Positions 10,369-18,883 of a stretch of 64,000 nucleotides of DNA are shown in pieces. Location of the stretch: the IMG/VR virus record IMGVR_UViG_3300026549_002462; one strand, given 5' to 3'. Position 1 is the first letter of the stretch, and each line of letters starts with the position of its first letter. Both the position numbers and the translations under genes were made by a program. The notes below the pieces were generated by a model. It ran no database searches, was not told the DNA's origin, and worked only from the letters and a program-made list of their open reading frames with translations. Origin of the DNA: an uncultured virus (IMG/VR IMGVR_UViG_3300026549_002462) (lineage: Duplodnaviria; Heunggongvirae; Uroviricota; Caudoviricetes).

Positions 10369-12453
10369 TCACACCAGAAAATCGTCTTCTGTTCTTGTGT
10401 CGTTACCTCTGATGACCTTCTGTGCCGGCTTTTTTCTGGTGCCCGGCTCGATCCTGTAATATCTTGAGGTGTTAGGCTTGCCGCCCTTTCTTACAGGAAT
10501 GTGCTGCGAAGTAAGGAATCTTGTCTCTCTGCCTGTTTCCCTGTCCACTGCATATGCTCCGAACAGAGGATGCATCGACCACTGATACTTTCTCTCCATG
10601 ACAGAGTTGTGTCCTGAAGGAGAAAGAAGGATCTCTGTCGGCTTTATTGCCTGTATCGCATCAGGAGGATATACAAGCTCTTTGTCTGTGGATATCATCT
10701 TCTTCTGGTCGAGGACGAATGCTTCCTGTACTGATTCAGGAAGAGGCTTGAATCTGTTCTCTGTCACTCTTTCCTTGATGACTTCCTTGTAGCCGGCACG
10801 GGATGAGAAATATGTCGCCGTGTCGCCCTTTACGTCAGACCCGACGCCTTCGTTGGCTCCTACGCACAACTGAAGAGCGCAGGAGGATTCTATTACGGAT
10901 CTGCCCGACGGTTCTGCTTTCGTGTTGTACTTGTCAAGCTGGTTCATCGTCTGGATCGAGATCAGGAAACTCATGTTGTAGGATCTGTTCTGCGACAGTA
11001 TCTTGTGAAGATTGTCGAGCCTTCCCAGGTTACTGAACTCCTCGAGCATGACAAACAGCATGTGTTCAAGGCTTCCTCCCCTTCTTTCAGCTATGGTCAT
11101 GTTCTCGTCAAGGACCATATTCACGAACAGCGTCATCGCCTGTATGTATGTCTCCTTTCTGCCTGAGCAGGAGATGTAAATGGTCGCATCGCCTTCTGAA
11201 AGCGCTGAGATGTCTATCTCGTCGGAACTCAGGATGTCCACTACTGCAGGTGACATCAGTACGTCCAGTGCGTTGGCAAGGGATGAACGGATCTGCTTGT
11301 AGTTCTTGTCTTCCTTCCATGTCGTGAAGTAACGGTTAATGAGCCTTCTGTCATGCGGATCTTCAAGAGCTGTCTCAAGGATAGCTATGAGTTCGTCGGA
11401 ATCTGTTGTGACAAGGTTAATGAATTCCCGCCAGGTCCTCCTGTCGTCATAGTCCTCTGAACCTCCCATATCTTCGTCAGGTGAAAGGTCTATCTCGACC
11501 GGGACGAAGCTGTCACAGTGCGTGACGTATAGAAGGAGCAGCTTGAACAGGTTCTTGTTCGTGTTGGTCCAGTATTCTTCATCACCGTTTTCGAGGATAG
11601 TTCCCGCGAAGGATTCCGCGAGCTCTATCGCTGTCGATTCTTCGGCTTCTCTTATCTGCTTAAGGCAGTCCCAGCCGTCGCTGTTCTGAAGCTCGCCGTC
11701 CTTGAAGTTCAGCAGCCATGTCCTTCTTCCGAGGCCTATATCTATCGGTTCCGTCGTCTGATACAGCTCTCCTTTAGGGTCGAATATAAGGCCACCGTGT
11801 CCCATGCATGCGTGCTGCACATATGCTCCTATCAGAAGGCCGCTGGTCTTACCTGCACCGGAAGGGCCGACGACCAGCATGTTGTCGTTCGCAAGGTGCC
11901 ACTCGATGTCTGTCCTGACACCCGGCTGCTTGTTTATGAGCTCGCCGCTCGTCTTGTTTATGGCGATCGGGATGCCTGTCGGTTTGTCTATGTCGGTCAG
12001 CTTGAAGATCCTGCGCTCTTCCTGCTCTGTGAGAATACCGCGTCTGCCTGTCGAGGAGTTGAGGACCACCCTGTCGCCCATCTCGTCCGTGACGATCTTC
12101 GGCGCGTCTATGCTGCTCATCCGGAACTTTGTTATGAGTCTCGAGGCGAAATATGACGCCACCAGGATAAGCGCGATAGTAAACGGTTTTTCCATGAGCC
12201 CGCGGAAAAAGATCGCTACGGGATTGTAGGTGCGCTGGTAATAAGCACCCTCAAAAAGTGATCTCCCGCTGTCAAAAAACTGCAGGAGTGCGAAAAGCAC
12301 CAGAAGAAAAGACCCGACCGACCATCTCGTGCGGATCTTTCTTTTCTGCTCCGGTGTTACTTTCAGCGGGTTCTCCGCTGCTTTCTCGAGCCTGCTCCAT
12401 ATGCTGAAGCGGTTGCGCTCGCCTCCGTCTGTTTCAGTTCTTGCCATTTTCAT
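10369..12453 (-). CDS. virD4: Type IV coupling protein VirD4/TraG
   Basis: N-terminal TMs, Walker A GPSGAGKT, DPKGEL, LEEFSNLG, IQTMNQL. Confidence 0.9.
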   Translation of the reverse strand: MKMARTETDGGERNRFSIWSRLEKAAENPLKVTPEQKRKIRTRWSVGSFLLVLFALLQFFDSGRSLFEGAYYQRTYNPVAIFFRGLMEKPFTIALILVASYFASRLITKFRMSSIDAPKIVTDEMGDRVVLNSSTGRRGILTEQEERRIFKLTDIDKPTGIPIAINKTSGELINKQPGVRTDIEWHLANDNMLVVGPSGAGKTSGLLIGAYVQHACMGHGGLIFDPKGELYQTTEPIDIGLGRRTWLLNFKDGELQNSDGWDCLKQIREAEESTAIELAESFAGTILENGDEEYWTNTNKNLFKLLLLYVTHCDSFVPVEIDLSPDEDMGGSEDYDDRRTWREFINLVTTDSDELIAILETALEDPHDRRLINRYFTTWKEDKNYKQIRSSLANALDVLMSPAVVDILSSDEIDISALSEGDATIYISCSGRKETYIQAMTLFVNMVLDENMTIAERRGGSLEHMLFVMLEEFSNLGRLDNLHKILSQNRSYNMSFLISIQTMNQLDKYNTKAEPSGRSVIESSCALQLCVGANEGVGSDVKGDTATYFSSRAGYKEVIKERVTENRFKPLPESVQEAFVLDQKKMISTDKELVYPPDAIQAIKPTEILLSPSGHNSVMERKYQWSMHPLFGAYAVDRETGRETRFLTSQHIPVRKGGKPNTSRYYRIEPGTRKKPAQKVIRGNDTRTEDDFLV

Positions 12454-12459
12454 TTCTCC

Positions 12460-12777
12460 CTAAAGGCCCTGGAGTCTGAAGCTTTCGGGGAGCCTCGTTA
12501 TCGACTCCTTCTCGGTTATAACGAGAGTGTAGTTCGTGCCCGGTACTCGCATGCCGAGCTGGGATGACATAGGTACCGTCAGAGAGAAGCTCAGTGCGTC
12601 GTCTGTTGCCGCTGCATCCGGCTTTATGCCGAGCTCTGTGAATACGCCGTCTTTTATCTTTTCTTTGAACATGGCTATGGCCGGATAGCTTTTTACTTCA
12701 ACATTTGTCTCATACACTGTTCTGTAGACGCCTATGCCTATGAGGTCCCTTTCAAGCAGGGTGAATTTTATCTGCAT
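12460..12777 (-). CDS. Hypothetical protein
   Basis: 105 aa ORF with RBS, co-oriented upstream of virD4. Confidence 0.6.
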   Translation of the reverse strand: MQIKFTLLERDLIGIGVYRTVYETNVEVKSYPAIAMFKEKIKDGVFTELGIKPDAAATDDALSFSLTVPMSSQLGMRVPGTNYTLVITEKESITRLPESFRLQGL

Positions 12778-12906
12778 TTTTCTCCCCTTTCGTTTTAATA
12801 GAGTGTTATATTTTTTCAGCCTGTCCGATTATATCGCTCCGGACTGTATTATTTTGCACATTCGGAGATGATCTCGTCTCCGGTTCTCATCAAAGAACTT
12901 TCACAG

Positions 12907-12994
12907 ATTTTTCAATTTGAAAAAAATCGCGGAAACCGTTGATACAGCTTTGTTTCAGCTATACTTAAGGAACGCGTTTTTGCGATGGAAATCA
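12907..12994. repeat. ~89 bp dispersed repeat, copy 1
   Basis: TTTTTCAATTTGAAAAA...AGCTATACTTAAG...TTGCGATGGAAATCA. Confidence 0.85.
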
Positions 12995-13459
12995 GTCTCC
13001 GTATCTGTTCTTCTGCCTCTTCTGGAATTCTGTCTGCTCCCAGTCGGGTACGGCTCCATCAGCCTCAAGGCACATAAGAGCTGTTTCTATGAGAAGCGAC
13101 CTCTTTCCTTCCGAAAGAGCTTTCAGTATAGGTGCGAAGATAGTCAGCCCCGTCCTTTCCCAGTCGTTCATTTTCGGGTAGCCCTTTTCGGAGAGCTCGA
13201 TCCGCTTTCTTCCCCAGAGCTGATCAAGGGAGATGTCGAGAGCGTTAGCGATGTCCTTGTCTTTGACATCCCTTTTCCCCGTACCCGGGAGCCTGCTTCC
13301 GTTCTCTATAGCTACGATACCTGCCTTTGTCTCATATCCGGCCTTCTCCGCAAGTTCAGCCTGGCTCATGCCTTTGCTTCTTCTGATCACGCTCACGTTG
13401 AGTGCGAGCCTCTCTTTTTTCTTGCGTTCAATGAAATCCTTCTTCTCTTTGTCGTTCAT
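12992..13459 (-). CDS. XRE-family HTH regulator
   Basis: IRRSKGMSQAELAEKAG...IENG...IANALDISLDQL. Confidence 0.85.
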   Translation of the reverse strand: MNDKEKKDFIERKKKERLALNVSVIRRSKGMSQAELAEKAGYETKAGIVAIENGSRLPGTGKRDVKDKDIANALDISLDQLWGRKRIELSEKGYPKMNDWERTGLTIFAPILKALSEGKRSLLIETALMCLEADGAVPDWEQTEFQKRQKNRYGD

Positions 13460-13461
13460 TG

Positions 13462-14073
13462 CTATGCCTCCCTTCCGCTTTTCTGTTTCCTGTCCACTTC
13501 ACTTTTCAGCTCACTGAGGCGTTCTTCGCATGCTTCGAGCACTCCGCTCTTGGACAGATAGTATTTTGCGTACATGCACATAGTGCACCGCCCTTTGTTG
13601 TCGGGATGGTTCCTGTCATTGAACGAGCAGCATGTCTCCGATGTCATGATCTCTCCTTCTTCGGTCACATGGGTGTCTGCGAAGACCAGAGCTGCGGTGA
13701 TAGGGTTCCAGCCGTAGGTTTCATCGTAGTTCCTGTACTGCCTTACACAGGAGACTGCGTCCTGTTTGAAGCCTGCTTTCGTCATGAGTGATCCGAGCAC
13801 CACCCGGTTCTGATCAGCATAGCCTATGTCCCACATGTCCGGGACCCGGTACAGCAGTCCCGTGTTGTACCAGGCATCGCTCTGCCCCTTCGGGGCTATC
13901 CGTGCCATTATCTCTGCTACTGCAAGATTGTGGTTGTACCAGTCTTCAGAGCTCCTTAGAGCGGTGCAGATCTCGTTCAGATAGATGCATGCGGTCTTGT
14001 ATGATCGTCCGTTTCTCCTCATTCTGGTCAGGTGGTCCAGCATTTCTTTTGATGATAGGTCGCTTTTACTCAT
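13462..14073 (-). CDS. Hypothetical protein with C-terminal Cys cluster
   Basis: ORF with GGAGG RBS. CC...C-x2-C...C motif. Confidence 0.6.
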   Translation of the reverse strand: MSKSDLSSKEMLDHLTRMRRNGRSYKTACIYLNEICTALRSSEDWYNHNLAVAEIMARIAPKGQSDAWYNTGLLYRVPDMWDIGYADQNRVVLGSLMTKAGFKQDAVSCVRQYRNYDETYGWNPITAALVFADTHVTEEGEIMTSETCCSFNDRNHPDNKGRCTMCMYAKYYLSKSGVLEACEERLSELKSEVDRKQKSGREA

Positions 14074-14094
14074 ATCATCCTCCTGTAGTGTCAA

Positions 14095-14183
14095 ATTTTT
14101 TCAATTTGAAAAAAATCGCTGCAGCCCTTGCAATGCAACGGTTACAGCTATACTTAAGAGTCGCGTTTTTGCGATGGGATCTA
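14095..14183. repeat. ~89 bp dispersed repeat, copy 2
   Basis: Same conserved blocks as copy 1. Confidence 0.85.
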
Positions 14184-14522
14184 TGACAGTACGTCGTCCA
14201 TCCTCTTAACGCTCCCTTTTCTCATTTCTTCAAGTGCCTTAGTGTACGGCTCAGGCAGGAAACTGCTCTTTCTCCCGTATGCAGTGATAACAGTCGCATC
14301 CGGGAATATGATCGTGAGTCTGAGCCTGCCGGATGCATCATCTGCAAGCTTCCCCGTCACGATGCAGTTTTCCCATTTTCCGTTTCTGGAGGCTATACAC
14401 TTTAGTGATGACGGCCTGAGGACACTGTTGATCCCAGCGAACCACTGGCTCATATCTCTGAGTTCCCTCTCTCTTACAGTCACGTTCTTTACTATCAGCT
14501 CAGTCAGTATTGGCTTTCTCAT
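14181..14522 (-). CDS. Hypothetical protein
   Basis: 113 aa ORF co-oriented with neighbours. Confidence 0.5.
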   Translation of the reverse strand: MRKPILTELIVKNVTVRERELRDMSQWFAGINSVLRPSSLKCIASRNGKWENCIVTGKLADDASGRLRLTIIFPDATVITAYGRKSSFLPEPYTKALEEMRKGSVKRMDDVLS

Positions 14523-14567
14523 GGTTTTTCCTGCTTCCGTCCTTTTCCTGTTATTGCCATGCGGGAT

Positions 14568-15116
14568 CTATCTCATTCCCGCAAGCTTCTGTTTCACCGT
14601 TATCTTTACTCCGTTTTTCTCTATGCGCTTGCAGAGCCACATGATGTTGTTGCTGAGACCGTCTACAAACATCACGCGTCTGCCTTTGCTGTATAGATCA
14701 AGTCCCCCTCGTTTCATTACGCAGCGGTCTATGTCCTTAAGGAGCACCGTCCGCTTTATGCACCACAGCCTGTATGCCGTGATGCTGTCGTCTGTCACTC
14801 GCTGGTCCCAGAAGTGTTTTACAGGAGCCAGCATCAGAAGGACGCTGATAACTATGAATGAACCGTATATTGCGAGGAGCGGTTTATCAAGCTGCCCGCT
14901 TACGTATGCGCCGTATGCACACGCTGTTGAGAATCCCCCGAATAACGCACCTGTGAATGCAAGTGATGAGTTCGGTCTCACGTCGAAGTTTTTGCCCGGC
15001 CCGCCTTTTTTCCTGTTTGCACTTACAAAGATCAGGTCGAGCGAAAGGGGAACTATGTATATGACGAACAGTATCCCTATACCGCTGAATATGTTTTCTA
15101 TAACCTTGACGATCAT
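14568..15116 (-). CDS. Membrane protein (3 TM plus possible PH-like tail)
   Basis: Hydrophobic segments followed by a beta-rich tail. RBS present. Confidence 0.6.
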   Translation of the reverse strand: MIVKVIENIFSGIGILFVIYIVPLSLDLIFVSANRKKGGPGKNFDVRPNSSLAFTGALFGGFSTACAYGAYVSGQLDKPLLAIYGSFIVISVLLMLAPVKHFWDQRVTDDSITAYRLWCIKRTVLLKDIDRCVMKRGGLDLYSKGRRVMFVDGLSNNIMWLCKRIEKNGVKITVKQKLAGMR

Positions 15117-15331
15117 ACTGCTCCCTTCTTGTTTTTGTGTTCTGTGTTTCTGCCCGCCCCGGGGAGCGCTCTCTGCATAGCGTTCAAAGCGGTTGTTTTT
15201 GGCTGTGCGCGTCTTTTTGCTTTGTTTCGTGGAATTATGCGTTGCGGCCGTAAAAATCGCTTAAATCGCAAATTTTGACCTTTAGTAGCTGCGCTTTCCT
15301 TTCTTTTCTTCCGGATGAGTTTGCCACACCA

Positions 15332-15420
15332 ATTTTTTCAATTTGAAAAATTTCTCTGTAACGCAGTCAAATCAACGCTTTGGGGCATACTTAAGGATTT
15401 GAAAATTGCGATGGAAATCA
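15332..15420. repeat. ~89 bp dispersed repeat, copy 3 (more diverged)
   Basis: TTTTTCAATTTGAAAAA...ATACTTAAGG...TTGCGATGGAAATCA. Confidence 0.8.
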
Positions 15421-16074
15421 GCTGACGAATCCCTTATGCTGATCACTGTTGCCCGCCTCATCAAAAATGTCGTCGTAAAGGCCTTTCCCGTACGCGGCTA
15501 CTTCTATGCCTTCGACGTGTACACTAAGCGCCTCAGGCACAGCGGAGACAGCTCTTTTTATCATTTCCACCTTGTCTGCGCCATTTTCCATCGCTACATC
15601 GGTCACCATAGCGATTCCCCTTGCCAGTATCTCTATTACTGCAGCTTCGACCACATCTGCACTTTTCATGACATGATCGCCGGCATAGCTTACAAGACAC
15701 TCTCCGTCGACATTGAGCGATAACTCTCCGTCTCCGCCGTACAGGCACACGATGGAATCTCTTGCCCTGTTCGCCAGGCATTCAATGAATTCCACTTTAT
15801 CCTCTGGTGCATTCGTGACCGTAAGAAGGTCTGCCAGTGTGAGCAGGAGCCCGCCTGTCACCTGTTTTGCGACATTACCGATGTCGCAGCCGTTTTCATC
15901 AGAGAAGCACTTGATCCTGTCTGCGAGCACATATCCTGCAAGTGTCATTGCGAGTTCTTCGTCTTCTGCGTTCTGATCTGCACCTATCAGTTCAATGGCT
16001 GTTATTCGGTCTGTCACTCTTAGCTTTATGTTGCTTCCGTCATAATCGATCGACGCTATCTGTTTCTTTTTCAT
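15418..16074 (-). CDS. Hypothetical acidic protein
   Basis: Likely start MKKKQ at 16074 after an AGGAG RBS. Confidence 0.6.
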   Translation of the reverse strand: MKKKQIASIDYDGSNIKLRVTDRITAIELIGADQNAEDEELAMTLAGYVLADRIKCFSDENGCDIGNVAKQVTGGLLLTLADLLTVTNAPEDKVEFIECLANRARDSIVCLYGGDGELSLNVDGECLVSYAGDHVMKSADVVEAAVIEILARGIAMVTDVAMENGADKVEMIKRAVSAVPEALSVHVEGIEVAAYGKGLYDDIFDEAGNSDQHKGFVS

Positions 16075-16224
16075 TTGCGTTGTTCTCCTGTTTGCTGCTT
16101 TGGGAACGGAAAGGCACCTCACATAGCTCTGTGGGCGCCGTATTTTTGTTCTGAAGCGTTTTTTGTAGTTTTCGGGGCATTTCCCCATGTTGGTGTTTTT
16201 GTCCGCTCTAAGGCGGGATTCCGG

Positions 16225-17370
16225 CTATTCTCTTTCTGCAGCGAGCAGAAGCCCTCTGAAGTGAGAAGGGGAGAGCACCATCGCGTCAAGCCCTGTATCA
16301 TACACACTTTCCAGCACCTCTTTCTGCCAGTCATGTACTATGAGTCTGCACCTTTTGCGCCTGATGCGTGATTCTATCTCCTTGATCCTGCCAAGATTGC
16401 AGCACAGAAGGTTATATATCGGCTTTCCGGACTCTGTTCTTCCATCTTCATCGTTTCCCGGAGAGGAGGAGAGACCGAGAATCTTGTTTATCTTGTTCCT
16501 CCAGTCAGGTATCGTGAGCATTTTTGCAACATCCATAGCGTGGCTTTCGTCCTCCGTCGGGATAACGTAGCACAACCTGTATATCGCTGTGGGGTCCATT
16601 CTGCTTTCTTCCTTGCCACTCATCTTAAGAAGGTCTTCCGCAACTTTTCCTGTCTCAGCGAAGATGACTGCCTTGAGTCTCCGGTCTCTGCTGCGCTCAA
16701 TGTCCAGAGCGTCCTCGTACATACGCCTGATGTCGATTGCTGTCTGTGTCTCGGATGCAGCATACCACCGGAACTTTGGGGTGGAGATAATATAAACACA
16801 TATCGGGCCTGTTTCGCTGAAGATCGTGCCTGACTGTATGGACATTTCGCGCCGTGTGTGCTGCATGTCCTGTGTCTTTCTTTTGAGGATCGGACCGCTT
16901 ATGTATAGGGGCATTCTTTTTGGTGCACTCCGGATTATCTCCGTGGCATCGGTAAGGGTAGGGGAGTAGAACAGATGTTCCTTATTCTCGAATCCGGCTC
17001 CGTCTACATTGAAGCCCGCGTCCAGGAACGCATTTATAAGCATGGCCTCCCTGCGCTTTTTGAGGCGGTATTCTTTTCCCCCGGGATATCTTGCCCCTTT
17101 TTTGCCGGCGAGAACTTCCACATGTTCCGAGAGCCGCGGGTCCATATTATCTATCCAGTCAAAGCCGGCGGGGTCGCAGATCCGGTACGTTCTCTTCCTG
17201 TCCGGGTGACGGAAGTAGCGTATAAGATCATCAGCGAGCATGTGCCTCAGTTCGTCGCCTGCCGACGACGGTGGGGCGGGGGCCCTGTCCCGAACCTTAA
17301 GCGAAAGAATCTCACCAGACATACCAAGTCTAAACATGTAATGATTTCTTACTTTTTCATTCATAACCAA
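16225..17370 (-). CDS. Hypothetical conjugation-region protein (possibly replication-relaxation-like)
   Basis: 381 aa ORF between virB4 and virD4. Only weak resemblance to the family. Confidence 0.4.
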   Translation of the reverse strand: MVMNEKVRNHYMFRLGMSGEILSLKVRDRAPAPPSSAGDELRHMLADDLIRYFRHPDRKRTYRICDPAGFDWIDNMDPRLSEHVEVLAGKKGARYPGGKEYRLKKRREAMLINAFLDAGFNVDGAGFENKEHLFYSPTLTDATEIIRSAPKRMPLYISGPILKRKTQDMQHTRREMSIQSGTIFSETGPICVYIISTPKFRWYAASETQTAIDIRRMYEDALDIERSRDRRLKAVIFAETGKVAEDLLKMSGKEESRMDPTAIYRLCYVIPTEDESHAMDVAKMLTIPDWRNKINKILGLSSSPGNDEDGRTESGKPIYNLLCCNLGRIKEIESRIRRKRCRLIVHDWQKEVLESVYDTGLDAMVLSPSHFRGLLLAAERE

Positions 17371-17557
17371 AACCCAACATGATCTAAGGTTTTTATTTTT
17401 ATTCTTCCTCCTGTTTGGTTTAACGAGGTATTGCTTTCAGCAACCACCTCTACCAAACCCTTTAGGATGAGGCGGGTAAAAATCGTGGTCAAACCATTGG
17501 AATTTCAACGGTTTCAGCTAACTGATTTTTTGATTTTTGCAAAAAGCAGAAAATCAG

Positions 17558-18265
17558 TTACTTTTTTGACTGATTTTTTGTGATTTTTACAGCCGAATCC
17601 GAGCTTCTTGCAGCAATCATTTCGTAGATGAAAGGCTCTTTTCTGTCTGCAATATAGATGTCGCAGTAGGACTCATCCGGATCTTTGACTGCCATGTTCA
17701 TCGTAATGAGAGAGAGGGCGTTATCGTCTCTTATGAAGGTGCCCTGAAGTGCATCCAGGGCTCTTTTTGAATCGATATTGTCGAAGTCAAACACCTTCTG
17801 AAAGCTGCTGCAAATGTGATGTTCAAAGACAATAAGAGGTTCTTCTATCTTCTGGATCTTCCCGTTTTCGCGTTCGTAATCTGCCTGAAGATTCATCACG
17901 AGATAGAATATGTGCTTACCTGCATTTGACGGCCCTCTGTCAGAAGACTGGACGGAGTAGAAGGGAGGGAGATGGAATTTCCAGAGTCCCGGCTTCAGCT
18001 CCGTGAGGCATGCATCAAAATAGTCGGTAGTGCCGATCATTTCATGATTGTTGCCGATCTGCCTGTCCTGCATGTCGTACACAAGTCTTTTCAGTTTCAG
18101 GTAGATTTCTTCATTGTCGATCGCGAAACTGTTTGTTAATGCCTTCACGCTTTCATCCTGCTCGGTGTATAGCGCGTACGCAAGGTCGCTGATTTTTCTT
18201 GTCTGCAATTTGACCAGTTCCTGGTAATCCAGGAGGCTCTTTATGCTTCTATCTCTGTCTATCAT
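17558..18265 (-). CDS. DUF6100-like protein with RusA-type acidic motif
   Basis: D-F-D-N-x3-K-x3-D...DD motif. Confidence 0.55.
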   Translation of the reverse strand: MIDRDRSIKSLLDYQELVKLQTRKISDLAYALYTEQDESVKALTNSFAIDNEEIYLKLKRLVYDMQDRQIGNNHEMIGTTDYFDACLTELKPGLWKFHLPPFYSVQSSDRGPSNAGKHIFYLVMNLQADYERENGKIQKIEEPLIVFEHHICSSFQKVFDFDNIDSKRALDALQGTFIRDDNALSLITMNMAVKDPDESYCDIYIADRKEPFIYEMIAARSSDSAVKITKNQSKK

Positions 18266-18875
18266 TTTTTCCCTCTGTGTCTGTGAGTATGCATGTTGCT
18301 ATGCCTGTTTCCGGTGACTTTCTCACTATGCCAAGTCTGTGGCTGCCGAAAAGGACCGGCTTTTTGCCCCTCAGTTCCTCGGACGGTATCCTTGACGGAT
18401 ACACAAATAAAGTGATTTCACCTTTTTTTCTTTTCTTTTCGAATTTTTCCAGAAGCCGCAGTTTCTGTGCGCCCCGGTCATTATTTATGATCACATCATA
18501 CATAAGTCCGGTCGTCGTATAGAAAATGTAGTCCTCAGGAAGGTCTGTGCGAACAGCAGCGACCTCGTTCTCTTCTCCTTTTTCCTTTTCTTCTTTCATC
18601 ACCGCAAGGTACACATCAAAGGCATCAAGTTTGTCGCTGCTTGCTCTTTCTTTCTTGTCTGCCTTGAGGATATGTGTGTCTGCATATTTCGCCTTTGTGA
18701 TGATGCGCGCCTGCAGAAATTTTTCCGTCAGATCCTCGGCGGTCTCCTTGCATATGCCGAAATAAAGGCAAAGATAGAGAAGAAAAGAATCGTATCTGAT
18801 CGCACCGAACACCTTTATAAGCTGCGATGTGTCAGAGAGAAATCGTCTTGTTATCTTTATTTCTTTTCTGCCCAT
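18249..18875 (-). CDS. Hypothetical protein (DUF5697-like)
   Basis: 208 aa ORF directly downstream of virB4. Confidence 0.45.
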   Translation of the reverse strand: MGRKEIKITRRFLSDTSQLIKVFGAIRYDSFLLYLCLYFGICKETAEDLTEKFLQARIITKAKYADTHILKADKKERASSDKLDAFDVYLAVMKEEKEKGEENEVAAVRTDLPEDYIFYTTTGLMYDVIINNDRGAQKLRLLEKFEKKRKKGEITLFVYPSRIPSEELRGKKPVLFGSHRLGIVRKSPETGIATCILTDTEGKNDRQR

Positions 18876-18883
18876 GTTTCCTC

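Noticed and set aside
12907..15420. 89-bp repeats as canonical integron attC or Xer dif sites
   Set aside because: No RYYYAAC/GTTRRRY ends or dif consensus are visible, and no integrase is in the window. Kept only as an unexplained repeat.
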